A stretch of 64,000 nucleotides of DNA from Gracilinanus agilis (lineage: Eukaryota): NCBI RefSeq assembly GCF_016433145.1, contig NC_058136.1, positions 19,414,854-19,478,853 on the forward strand. Direction: 5' to 3'. The notes under the pieces were generated by a model that saw only the letters and a list, made by a program, of their open reading frames with translations, was not told the origin of the DNA and ran no database searches. Every line of letters begins with the position of its first letter. The first letter of the stretch is position 1. The position numbers and the translations under genes were made by a program. This document shows positions 10,530 through 21,672 of this stretch, piece after piece.

Positions 10530-11174
10530 TGTGTGGAATGAGATTCAGTGTGTAATTTTCAGAGTAGTATTTGGCTTATTGTAAGCCCATTTTCAAGACT
10601 CCTAAGTATTACTATTCCTTTGAATAGAGCCACCCCCCCCATAAAATTTTTAGTTTTCCTAACTTATTTTAAAAAACCTTGAGAGGAGTTTATCTCTAGC
10701 CCGGGAAACTTGCCTGCTCTAGGAAGAGGGATAAGATAGGAAAGAACAGACAGTTTCAAAAGTTTCTTTTTTGTCCTAAGCTGGGAATCCCATGATAGTC
10801 ACGGGTTTTTCTTGATCATGGGGGTCCTTAGGGGTACATAATGTTGAAAATCACATGCTTAAGAGTTGAAATGTCACAGCTTCCCCTTCTGTGGGATTGG
10901 ACGGAGGAGAGGAGGAAAATCTTGTGTCAGGATTATTATAAAAGTGTGTGGTTGTACCTAGAAGAGAGGATATTTTTGCCCCAAGCAAACTGCTTTTGTG
11001 GGCAGAAACTCTTTTCCTTCCCTCCCCCACCGCCACCCCCGTCCCACCCTGTTGGCAGCTGTTTTCTCCAAATAAAGCAGCTTTTCTCTGCCAGCATCTT
11101 ATCAATTCTCCTGTCTGCTCATTAGAGTGATTTCTTTGGGTATGAGCCCCCCCCCGCCAGTTCCACTCCACACA
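10530..11174 (+). mobile_element. Solo LTR (645 bp)
   Basis: Perfect 8-bp inverted termini TGTGTGGA...TCCACACA, 5-bp TSD GCTAC (10525-10529 and 11175-11179), TATAAAA near 10937, AATAAA near 11070. Confidence 0.88.
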
Positions 11175-11219
11175 GCTACTATCAGCAACATAATGATCCA
11201 GGACAATTCTGAGGGACTT

Positions 11220-11380
11220 TTTTTTTTATAAAACCCTTATTGTGTATTGGTTCTAAGGCAGAAGAGAGGTAAGGGCTAGGCAGTGGGAGTGAAGTGACTT
11301 GCCCAGGGTGCCTCAGCTAGGAAGTATCTGAGGCCATCTCTGGGTCTGGCTCTGAATTCACTGAGCCACCCAGCTGCCCC
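11220..11380 (-). mobile_element. SINE1-type SINE inserted in the L1 3' UTR
   Basis: 16-bp TSD caattctgagggactt (11204-11219 and 11381-11396). Confidence 0.9.
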
Positions 11381-11733
11381 CAATTCTGAGGGACTTGTGA
11401 CCAAAAAAAATGCTATCTACCTCCAGAGAAAGAACTGCTGGAGTCAGATATAGATGAAAGCATAGGATTTTTCACTTGTTTATTTGGGTTTATGTTTTGG
11501 GGTTCTGGTTTTATAATTCACTTACAAAAATGAATATGGAAATATGTTTTATATGATAATACAGGTATAATCCAGATCAAATTGCATGCCAGCACCAGGA
11601 GGGGGAAGGGAAGGGAGGGAGGGAGGGAGGCAACTTCACTCATATAACGTGGGAAAAATTATGTGGAAATTTGTTATTACATGTAATTGGTAAAAAAAAA
11701 AATGTTTTTAATACAAAAGAAGAAAGTATACTC

Positions 11734-11920
11734 AGGGCATCCAGGTAGCACAGCAGATGGAACAACAGGCCTGAAGTCGAGAGAGGACTTGGGTTCAAAT
11801 CTGGACTTGGACACTTCCTAGCCATGTGACCTTTGGGCAAGTCACTAAACCCTGATTGCCTATCCCTTGCCACTCTTCTGATTTAGAATTGATCCTAAGA
11901 AAAGGTAAGGGTTTTTTAAT
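11734..11920 (+). mobile_element. SINE1-type SINE
   Basis: Head gggcatccaggtagc...ggttcaaatctg, tail ggtaagggtttt. Confidence 0.8.
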
Positions 11921-12084
11921 AAAAGGTCTACTTATGTGAGGGAGCCTAGGCAATGGGGAGAGGGGGGAAAACATTAGAGGACATTCAGGAGGAGATCAGC
12001 AGAGAGGGGAAAAAATCCATTTTGTCATTAACATTCTTGGTCAGAAAAAGAAAGTAGATGAGTTCAAGAAACATCACAAACTTA

Positions 12085-12340
12085 ACACAGAGCCCCAATA
12101 TGGTCGTAATGAGAGACTTCAATCATCCAGACAGCTGCTGGAGCTCTCTGTCTGTCAAAGACATACTCGTATAGTCTCAGATTTGTAGTCATAGCAGAAA
12201 TAAAGGCTTTATGCTATAGCAGAAGGTTATGAAGACCCTTGAACCCATGTGAGATTCAGTTAAAGAAACTAGGATTGTTTAATCTGGTTAAGAAAAGACA
12301 CAGGTTGGCCATGATAGCTTTGTGTACTTGTGAGGTGAGA
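12085..12340 (+). mobile_element. CR1/L3 fragments (endonuclease piece joined to a 3' RT piece)
   Basis: MVVMRDFNHPDSCWSSLSVK resembles the CR1 EN motif VVMGDFNYPDICW; LKKLGLFNLVKKRHRLAMIA resembles LKELGLFSLEKRRLRGDMI. Confidence 0.6.
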
Positions 12341-12447
12341 TTTGGTTCTAATCTGAGAAATTTATCCATGCTAAGGTTTTAGTGAGTATCATGGGGCTGA
12401 GTCCCACCCCCCCCTCCCTGCCCCGCCCCATACACCATGCACACATG

Positions 12448-12562
12448 TTTTTTTAACCCTTACCTTCCGTCTTGGAGTCAATACTGTGGATTGGCTCCAA
12501 GGCAGAAGAGTGGTAAGGGCTAGGCAATGGGGGTCAAGTGACTTGCCCAGGGTCACACAGCT
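12448..12562 (-). mobile_element. SINE1-type SINE, 3' half
   Basis: ttttaacccttaccttccgtcttggagtcaatactg...cagggtcacacagctg. Confidence 0.85.
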
Positions 12563-12989
12563 GCCATGCATACATTTTAATGATGCCTTTTGGAGCACAG
12601 AACTTTAATTGAAGGTGACCATTTTAGTGGTGGGAATTTTGGACCGGAGGGTGGGTGGGGGAAGAGAAAGAGACCTTTCCAGGCAGACGAGGCCATGCGG
12701 CAGCTTTCATATCACACGACTTCTACTCCAGCCACGATTCCTATTCCCTCGGGGACAAATAGACCTGGCCTTTACTCTTTCTTCTAGCAAGTTGGGCACT
12801 TGGATAATTCAAATACATCCAAGATCTGTGATCCCACTGCTGTGGAAACTCCCTCCACTGATGCAAACTGCAACCTATCTCTAGTTTCTTAGTAGGTAAG
12901 CCTTAGAGTTGCCAGATTCTCAGGGTGACTAAGGCACGTGCCCATGGCCACACAATTAGTAATGGTAGATTAGGTGGTCTCATTGAATC

Positions 12990-13370
12990 AGAGGTTGGGT
13001 TCTTAGAGGTGATCTTGTTTTACCTCACCTCTGACAAGTAGATGAATCAATCCCCTTTGAAAGTTCTCGACAAGTGCCAACTCCATTGCCCGAGCTAGGC
13101 GGCCCATTCCATTGATGGATGCCTCTAATTGTTAGAAAGTGCTTCCTTTTATTGAGCTCAAATCTACTTCCTTATCATTTCTGCCCATTTGTCCTAGTAT
13201 TGCACTCAGAAGCTTGTATGGAATAATAAGTCTAATCCCTTTTCCACATGGCAGCCCTTTAGATATCTGAAGACAGTGATCATTTCCCCCTTAAGTCTCT
13301 TCTTCTTCAGGCTAAACATCCCTGGGTCCTTATAACAAGATGTGGTTTTGAATCCCTTTATCTTCTTGGT
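12990..13370 (-). mobile_element. CR1/L3 3' region
   Basis: ctctaattgttagaaag...tctaatcccttttccacatggcagccctttagatatctgaagacag...caggctaaacatccc. Confidence 0.7.
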
Positions 13371-14188
13371 TATTAAACATCATCTGTGTTTGGGGCGCGA
13401 GGGATGGAAAGATAAAAAATGATGACGTTACTTTCCTCAAGGAGACCTTAACATTCTTCTTCACGAGGGAAAAGAGGGTGGTAGGGAATGACGAGCGTCT
13501 AATACAAGGAAGGGCAAAAGAGAGATCCCGACAAGCTCTCTTACCTAGACAATTTGAGGAGGGAGAACACTTTCAAATGGGAAGGATCTGGGAAGGGCAG
13601 AGTGGGCAGAGATAGAGATGGTGCCTGGACTGAGCCTTTACTGGACACGCTTGTGTTTGTCAATGACAGTCGGTCAACAAGCATTTATTAGAAATTAAGT
13701 GTGTGAAGAACTGTGCCAAGTTGAAAAAACAGCCTCTGCCCTCGAGTTGCTCATGTCCTCATGGCAGGAGACAGCTCGCAAGATAGATTCAGTGTAAACG
13801 GGAAGTCATCTCAGATGGAAGGCAGTGCTGAAGGAAGGGGTTGGGAACAGCCTCTAACAGAAGGTAGGATCTGAGCTGAGTCTTGAAGGAAGTCCTGGAA
13901 GCCAGAAGACAGCGTCATAGCAGCATCACAGGGTTTTTTCCAGACCAATCTACCAAGGCCAACAGGTCTGGTAACTTAGTGATCAAGTTATGGTAAGTAC
14001 CAAGATGTTAATAACAAATGAAGACTCTGGCTCTCTCTCCTTCCCAGTTTCTAAATGAGGGGAATTTGATAGAGGGCAAAGGAATATGCAAAGAAAATAT
14101 GGATGATCACATGGACACCTTGCCTCTTGAGAAACCCTGCTCAGTGAACCACTCAGAAAGCTGATGGGAACTCCTAGAATTCCTAGAC

Positions 14189-14381
14189 CAGTGGTTCCCA
14201 AACTTTTTTGGCCAACCGCCCCCTTTTCAGAAAAAAATATGACTTAGCACCCCCTGTCACATACTATCACTGCCCCCTTACAGTTATTCACCGCCCCCAA
14301 ATGCACCTGTGGCCATCACCGCCTCCCTGGATCGCTGCAGCACCCATCAGGGGGCGATGTTGCCCACTTTGAGAATCACTA
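14189..14381 (+). mobile_element. Charlie-like hAT MITE (193 bp)
   Basis: TIRs CAGTGGTTCCCAAA...TTTGAGAATCACTA; degenerate 8-bp TSD TCCTAGAC / GCCTAGTC. Confidence 0.88.
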
Positions 14382-15439
14382 GCCTAGTCCATCAAAGAGT
14401 TAGTAGATTTCAAGATCCTAGATCTAGAACAGGAGGGGACCTCAGAGGCCATTCAGTCCAACTTACTCAATTTACTGAGGTCCATAGAAGTTTAAGTGAC
14501 TGGGCTGAGGTCACCCAGTAGCAAGTAATCAAGCCCTAGGCACATAGAGGTTGGATGACTTGCTCAGGGTCACAGAGTCACAAAAAGATGGATTTGAGCC
14601 CAGATCTTCCTGACCCCAAGGTGAGTGATCCATTTGCCATGCTATGCTACTTTAGAAACCCTAGCAGGCACTGTCAGGATAGATAGATTGCAGGACGATT
14701 GGGTTGTAGATTCAGAACTCGAAGGGATGTTAAAGGCAATCTGATCTAACTCCTTCATCTTATAGATGAGGAAACTGGCCCTGAGAGATTATGTAACTTG
14801 CCCGAGGTCACACAACTAGTAAGTGATAGAGCTAGGGTTCAAACCTAGGCCCTTTGATGCCAAATCCCATTCCTTCCCAATGCCCCATCATCCGTTGTTG
14901 CCAACATAGTAGTGTTTTTTTTAATGGAGAGCACACTATACTCAGAATTAGTCAAAGTTAAAATGTTTAATGGGCAGCTTAGAATAGTCCCATTCCAAAT
15001 CCAGAAAGAGGCACAGGGACAAACCTGGTTTTTCATGAACAAAGCCACACGTATGTGCGTCCTGCCAGGCTTGTTACCTTCTCTCCTTCACTACAACTGT
15101 GAGAATGCCTTGGATTTCATCTCTTTTCTATGATTGCTTTCCTCTAGCTGGAACAACCGAATATGCAACGTGACATACTGCCAGGAATGAAAACAGTATT
15201 TTAAAGAACATTTGAGGGTTTTGCTCGTGATCCCTCCTGCTCATTAGTAAAGCACATTTCTTCCCTCAAATGACAAGAAAATACATAGAGCATAGTTGGA
15301 AATATCATGAGAAGGCAGCACGGCGTATCCTGGAAAGGGCATAAAGCTTAGAGGCAGAACTGGGTTTCAGGCCAACTAACCGTGTGACTTTAGGCAAGTC
15401 ACTTCACTTGTTTCCTCATCTGTAAAATGGGGCTACTTG

Positions 15440-15850
15440 AACCAGGACAACATTGTACACAGTGACAGGAATACTGTTTGATGAACAACTGTGAATAATT
15501 TAGCTCTCCTTAGTGATACATGATCCAAAACAATCCCAAAGGATTCATGATAAAAAAAAATGCCATCTGCTTCCAGAGAAAGAACTGATAGAGTCTGAAT
15601 CCAGATCAAAGCAAAGTTTTTTTCACTTTCTTACTTAATTTTTTTGTTCGACTTTCTTTCCACAAAAGGAGTAATGTGGAGAAATGTTTTACATGATTGC
15701 ACATATAGAATCTATATTAGATTGCTTACCATTTTAGCAGAGGGAGGGGAGGGAGGAATGGAGACAATTCTAGACTCAAAATTCTCTTTAACATGTTGAA
15801 AACTATTTTTAAATGTAATTGGGGGATGAAATTAAATTTAAAAAATCAAA
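15440..15850 (+). mobile_element. L1 3' UTR fragment
   Basis: catgatccaaaacaatcccaaaggattcatgat...gccatctgcttccagagaaagaactgatagagtctgaat. Confidence 0.8.
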
Positions 15851-17044
15851 AGCGTCCAAGACAAATCAGAAAAAATAAAATAGGACGACTCATACATTGC
15901 CTACTATTTGAGCTGGTTGTAAGGAAATGCTAGGTAAGCTTGAAAGACTGGACAGAAATGTGAGTTGCTGTTATTTTTGATCATGAAAAACACTGTTTAA
16001 GTTGATAAAATTCAATTCAGGTCAACAAGAATTTGTAAAGCACATCAGTAAATAGAGGACAGTTTGGAAGAGGGGGAAGAGCTGACAGAGCTGGAGGAAG
16101 GAAGGAAAGGTTCCAAGGAGACAAGGGTACCTGGGGGGCCTTGAAGAATGATGGGAGACCACGATGAGGAAGAAGTAAATTCCAGGCTTGGGAGATGCCT
16201 CCTACAAATGCACCAAGGTGAATGTTGGGAGGGTGTGAGGCAGGATGTTTAAGTGGTTAGGTTTAATCTGATTATCAATACTTTCTTCATTATTTTTTCC
16301 ATTCTACATTATCAACGAACCCTAAATCAAGCCCTGATTTGTAGCACTTGCAGATTCCTGAGATAATGAAAATTTGACACTGAGCTCTTGAAAGCGAGTA
16401 CCCCTGGACATTCCTGCTGGCAGGGCAGGTCAAATAGAGCTGACAAACCTCCTGTGCACAATGACAGATCACAAGAGGCATGGGAAAACCTGAGTTCAAA
16501 TCCTGCCTCAGATATTTGCTAGCTGCATGACCCTGGTCCACTGAACCTCTACTTGCCTCAGTTTCCTTATCTGTAAAATGGGGATAATAATACCTCATAG
16601 TGTTGTTATGAGAATAAAGTGCTAGATGATGATGATAATGATGACTGGATAAACTCACATTCAGGCAATCAGCTTAGTGAGGCAGAAAGAATATTAGACC
16701 TGGAGTGAGAATACCAGGTTTCAAATACCAATCCTGCCACTTAACCTGTGTGACCTTGGATAAGACCCTTAATCTCTCTAGATTTCAGTCTGCCTCTGCA
16801 AAATGAGGGGGAAGACTAGGATATGCAAGGTCCCTTCCAATCCTAGAGTCTACAAACCTTAAAAAAATACCTTTTTTAATAGCAAGTAAAATGGGTACAG
16901 GCAAGAAGATTGTTTCTTTTGGCTTTATTTTTTAACTAAGAATAAGAATAACTCACACGCATAGTCAGAGATTTAGCAAGTATTTTCCTTATATCACACC
17001 AGTGAGGTTGATGTCACAAGTATTAGTACCCCTATTTTAGGCTG

Positions 17045-17590
17045 AACAAAATGTATATGATGGTGATGGAATATTTTGTGCTGTAAGGAATGATGAACAG
17101 GATGATTTCACAAAGAACTGGAGAGACCTAGGAGAACCGATGCAGAGTGAAATAAGCAGAACCAGGAGAACATTGTACACAGTAACTGTGATATTATGGA
17201 ATGATCAAATGTGATAAACTTGGCTACTAACAGCAATACAATGATCCAGGACAATTCCGAGGGACTTATGAAAAAGAATGCTGACCACCTCCAGAGAAAG
17301 AACTGCTGGAGCAGAAATGCAGAGGAAAGCAGATAATTTATCACTTGTTTATCTGAGTATATGATTTGGGGCTTTGGATCTATAAGATTATTCACTTACA
17401 AAAATGAATAATATGGATATATGTTTTACATGATAATACATGTATAACCTAGATTGAATTGCTTGGCAGCTCCAAGAAGGTGAGGGGGAGAAGGGAGGGA
17501 GACAATATGGATTATATAACTTTGGAAAACTTATGTGGAAAGTTGTTATTAAAATTAAAAATTTAATAACGAAAAAATTTAATTAAAAAA
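17045..17590 (+). mobile_element. L1 3' end
   Basis: gatgcagagtgaaataagcagaaccaggagaacattgtacac...aacttatgtggaaagttgttattaaaa plus A-rich tail. Confidence 0.9.
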
Positions 17591-18024
17591 GTATTTTTTT
17601 TACAGAGGAAGACACAGTCTCAGAGATGAAAAATGATTTGCCTGGGGTCATGTAGACAATGGATCTGAGCCTGGTACTCAGGTCTTCTTACTCCCAAGTT
17701 TGGTGTTCTTTCTAACACATAAACACACATGCACAAGCATCTACCAGTTCCCTTCTGTTGGGGGTATGAAGGGTGGAAGAAAGTGTTTTGGGTTGGGGAA
17801 CTGGATGAATGCATATCAATGTCCCCAAATGATAAACAAATAAGGTTAATTTTTCTCTTTTCAGGAGACAAGTAACCCAAGAATTAAGGGGGGGAACCCT
17901 ACAACAAATATGAATGTAAACAGATAAAACTGGAGAGAGATGATTATCACCACAATCCATCAACAAGCATTTTAGTACTAGGGATACAGCAAAAGGCAAA
18001 ATCACCTTCTGTCTTGAAGCTCTC

Positions 18025-18495
18025 ATTTTATTTTATTATTTAATTTTTAATTTTTATTTTGAACGTTTTCTCCTAGTTACATGTTTCATGTTCTTTCCTG
18101 CCTCCTCAAGGCCCCCTAACCCCCCTTAGCCGACACACAATTCCACTGGGTTTTACACGTATCATCGATCAAGACCTAATTCCATATTATTGATAGTTGG
18201 ACTAGAGTGCTCATTTTGAGTCAATATCCCCAATAATATTCCCATCAGGCCAAGTGATCAAGCAGTTGTTTTTCTTCTGTGTTTCTCCTCCCACAGTTCT
18301 TCCTCTGAATGTGGCTAGTTTTCTTTCTCATAAGTCCCTCAGCCTTGCTCTGGATCCTTGCATTGCTGCTAGTAGAGAAGTCCATTATGTTCGATTGTAC
18401 CACAGTGTATCAGTCTCTGTATACAATGTTCTTCTGGCTCTACTTCTTTCACTCTGCATCAATTCTTGGAGGTCGTTCCAGTTCACATAGAATTC
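18025..18495 (-). mobile_element. Younger opossum-type L1 3' end
   Basis: ttctcctagttacatgtttcatgttctttcc...caattccactgggttttacacgtatc...ctctgcatcaattcttggaggtcgttccagttcaca. Confidence 0.85.
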
Positions 18496-18499
18496 CTCC

Positions 18500-19145
18500 A
18501 GTTGAAGCTCCCATTTTAATGGGATGCCGACTTATACACAAATATGTACCTACAAGTTATATACAGGGGAGATGGGAGGTGACATTTGAGGGCAAGATAG
18601 TAGCAGATGGGGGACCTGGGAAAGGCCTCCTGAAGAAGGTGACTTTTGAGCTGAGCCTTGAAAGGAGTCAGGGAGGGAAAGCATTCCAGGAAGAGACAAC
18701 AGCTGGTGCAAAGGCACATAATTAGGCAATGAAGCATCATGTGTAAGGAGTATCAGATGGGTCAGTATGTCTAGAGCATATTGGGAGGGGAATAATGAAT
18801 GTGGTGACACTGTGAAGGTAGAAAGGGGCTAGATTATGAAGAACTTCTATTTCACAAGGGGAAGAGATAGGGAATGACAAGTGTGCTGATAAATCTAATA
18901 CAAGGAAAGACACGAGAGATCTTGACCAGAGCTCTAAACAATTTAAAGAGAGAGAACACTTTCAAATGGGAAGCATCTGGGAAAGGCAGAGTGGGCAGAA
19001 GAGGAGATATCACCCGGACGGAGCCTCTACAGCTAGAGTCAGAGAGAAGTTTATACAGAATTTGATTCTAGCAGTGATAGGGAGTCACTGAAGTTTATTG
19101 AGTGAAGGTGAGCAGTGGAGATAAGACATGCTTTAGGAAAGTCAC
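18500..19145 (-). mobile_element. L2 3' region
   Basis: aaaggcctcctgaagaaggtgacttttgagctgagccttgaaagga...agggagtcactgaagtttattgag. Confidence 0.75.
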
Positions 19146-19629
19146 TTCATTTTTTATGTCAGTAAATTTTATTTTACTTTTACTTGAACTAGACTTTTTT
19201 TCAAATAAGCAGATTTAGGCTCAATACAACCAATTCAGAGTGAAAAATTTAGCACAATATTTTATTTGGTTTACACAAAAACAAGTGCTTTTTAAAAAAA
19301 TCTTACTTAAATGCAGTTCAGATGGTCGTTTTGGTATCACATTGGCAGCCTTAATGTTGGGGGAAAGTCTCACCAAAATTGGGGAGGGGGTAATTGTTGT
19401 TAGAAGGGGAAAAATCAATTTCTTGCACATTGAAAGAGAAGGCAAGATTTGCACCGATCTTTATTCTACTAAGTGACCCCGACAAACCAAACGTGCTATG
19501 AAACGGAAAACTTTAGAGATCAGAAGGGGAGGGGGACCTAGCATACAATTAGGCTGTCCGGCACTCTGCCCCAAAAGCAGAGACATTGCTTGGGGTTTTT
19601 CCCTTTCAAAAAAAAAAGTTGTATTATGC

Positions 19630-19632
<3 letters not shown>

Positions 19633-19671
<39 letters not shown>
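19633..19671. repeat. (CA)n microsatellite
   Basis: About 19 CA units. Confidence 0.98.
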
Positions 19672-19674
<3 letters not shown>

Positions 19675-19724
19675 CACAGTAGAGAGCGTGCTGGGCTCAG
19701 TCAGGAAGACCTGGGTTCAAATGC

Positions 19725-19892
19725 NNNNNNNNNNNNNNNNNNNNNNNNNNNNNNNNNNNNNNNNNNNNNNNNNNNNNNNNNNNNNNNNNNNNNNNNNNNN
19801 NNNNNNNNNNNNNNNNNNNNNNNNNNNNNNNNNNNNNNNNNNNNNNNNNNNNNNNNNNNNNNNNNNNNNNNNNNNNNNNNNNNNNNNNNNNN
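19725..19892. other. Assembly gap (168 N)
   Basis: Run of N in the sequence. Confidence 1.
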
Positions 19893-20079
19893 CTATGAAC
19901 GTTAGCTGTTCCCAATGTCCCTCAGCCCTTTTGGACCAGATCTGCGATTCTACAGATTGGTTGAGGGAATTTAGGATGAGCCTAAATTGGGATGAGTCCC
20001 TCTCCTAATGAAGAAGGGCTCTGCAAACGGTAGTCTTAAAGACCAGAATGAAGCAGTTGGAGGGCACTTCATGAGGGCA

Positions 20080-20706
20080 GGTGCCAGGCGCACTCGAAAT
20101 GCCCGGTCCACCCCGCCCCTTTATTTGGCACATTTTATTAACTTTGAGATCAGTTTGGTTTCAGTTATGTCCAGGTACAACAGATGCCTTTATTTGTCTC
20201 AAGGAAGTGCGGGAGAGTTAAGGGATCAGGAAAGGCAGCAAGAAGATGCTCCTGGAAATGAGTTTTTAAGGAGGACCAGGGGGAGTACGAAAAGGGGATC
20301 GGAAGTGCACCTGGGCTCTCCCTCCCACGCCCTCCAGTAAGGGAACGCCCCCTCCCCAGCTCGGCACCTCCTCCACTACTGGAACTCGAACTGCCCCTCT
20401 CAGAGATTCGCTTAGAGAGCTGACAGGTTGTTACTGGGGAAAGGTCACGGGAGCGCCGCGCGCCTCCGTGCGTGACGTAAGCGCCGTCGCCGTCCTGCCC
20501 CTGACGTCCTCTACGTCGCCGTGCCGCTTGGGTCAGACTGGTCGCAGGTGCTGCCGCCATTTAGCTCGCGCTGTCCGGAGGCTGCCGCTGTCGCGACGTC
20601 TGCTGGTGCCAGGAGCAGGGGAGACACGTGAGCCCCTCTCCGCGACTGGTCACCCCCTGTTTCTTGTAGTCGCACCCCGCCCGCCCGCGCAGTAGCCCCC
20701 GCCGTC
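20080..20706 (+). promoter_or_regulatory. CpG-island promoter and 5' UTR of SSU72
   Basis: Dense CpG in a CpG-poor background. Motifs: GC box ccccgcccc 20111-20119, ETS/GABP CGGAAGTG 20300-20307, CRE-like TGACGTAA 20473-20480 and TGACGTC 20502-20508, YY1 GCCGCCATTT 20553-20562, E-box CACGTG 20625-20630. Confidence 0.85.
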
Positions 20707-21288
20707 ATGCAGTCCTCGCTGCGGGTGGCCGTGGTGTGCTCCAGTAACCAGAACCGGAGCATGGAGGCACACAACATCCTCAGCAAACGAGGGTTCAACG
20801 TAAGGTCCTTTGGCACGGGCACTCACGTGAAGCTGCCGGGCCCAGCACCTGACAAGCCCAACGTGTACGATTTCAAAACCACCTATGACCAAATGTACAA
20901 TGATCTCCTTCGAAAGGACAAAGAGCTCTACACGCAGAACGGGATCCTGCACATGCTGGACCGCAATAGAAGAATCAAGCCGAGGCCGGAGAGATTCCAG
21001 AACTGCAAAGATCTCTTCGACCTCATCCTTACCTGCGAAGAGCGAGTCTATGACCAGGTGGTGGAAGATCTCAATTCCAGAGAGCAAGAGACCTGTCAGC
21101 CGGTGCACGTGATTAACGTGGACATCCAAGACAACCACGAAGAAGCCACCCTAGGCGCCTTTCTCATTTGCGAGCTTTGTCAGTGCATACAGCACACCGA
21201 AGACATGGAGAACGAGATAGACGAGCTGTTGCAGGAGTTTGAGGAGAAAAGTAATCGAACTTTTCTCCACACTGTCTGCTTCTACTGA
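20707..21288 (+). CDS. SSU72: Intronless SSU72 RNA polymerase II CTD phosphatase (193 aa), likely functional retrogene
   Basis: Uninterrupted ATG-TGA ORF with good Kozak (gccgtcATG) and intact catalytic CSSNQNRS and DIQD motifs. It differs from recalled human SSU72 by about 5 substitutions and a 1-residue deletion. No introns, whereas the vertebrate parent gene is multi-exon. Confidence 0.96.
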   Translation: MQSSLRVAVVCSSNQNRSMEAHNILSKRGFNVRSFGTGTHVKLPGPAPDKPNVYDFKTTYDQMYNDLLRKDKELYTQNGILHMLDRNRRIKPRPERFQNCKDLFDLILTCEERVYDQVVEDLNSREQETCQPVHVINVDIQDNHEEATLGAFLICELCQCIQHTEDMENEIDELLQEFEEKSNRTFLHTVCFY

Positions 21289-21666
21289 AGGCCTGATCGG
21301 GTTCGCTGGCCTTAGAGAGTCCAGGGAAGCATGCGGGTCAAGTATTTCTGACCATTCCCATCTTCTCTCCGAGGACCAGCTTCGAACCTTCTTTTTGTTA
21401 ATACTTTTTTTTTTCCTTCGTGGTGTTTATTTTTATGGCAGAATTGCCAAAAAAAAAAAAATACTGTACATATAAAAGGAGAGAGACACGTAAAAAAGTG
21501 GCTTTTTTCCCTATCCCACTTTTCCTTATTATAAGTGGGAGAGTCGTGAGGACTTTTTTTTTTTAATGAAAAAAGTTAATATTTTATTTTTTTCCAGCCT
21601 TTTCATTTTAGGTGTACATTTTTTCCCCCTTGCTGCTTAAATTGGCTGGAGTATACAAAGACTTGA

Positions 21667-21672
21667 ATTAAA
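21667..21672 (+). terminator. Candidate ATTAAA polyadenylation signal for SSU72
   Basis: ATTAAA at the end of a U-rich 3' UTR-like tract that also has a Pumilio element (TGTACATA 21465-21472). Confidence 0.35.

Larger units (their letters stand above)
9520..11720 (+). mobile_element. L1 (ORF2 C-terminal part and 3' UTR) interrupted by a solo LTR and a SINE
   Basis: ORF track MTKQEIESITRSRMNNFDYIK... and MQIKTTLRYHLMPIRLA...KCWRGC are L1 ORF2; the 3' UTR resumes after 11175. Confidence 0.9.

Noticed and set aside
12682-12762. Alternative ADGRG4 last exon (GRRGHAAAFISHDFYSSHDSYSLGDK*)
   Set aside because: Correct phase but purine-rich, weak acceptor and poorer family similarity than 7178-7281; not excluded as a minor isoform.
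19461-20008. ORFs of 69-140 aa
   Set aside because: Artefacts of the (CA)n repeat and the N-gap.
20628-20669. GTGAG...TAG mini-intron just before the SSU72 ATG
   Set aside because: 42 nt is below the usual vertebrate spliceosomal minimum; only the acceptor is retained as a candidate.
20008-20822. Several 75-131 aa ORFs on both strands
   Set aside because: Expected stop-poor frames in a CpG island; low-complexity Arg/Gly/Ala peptides.
20650-21138. 162-aa minus-strand ORF
   Set aside because: Antisense shadow of the GC3-rich SSU72 CDS; no independent motif.
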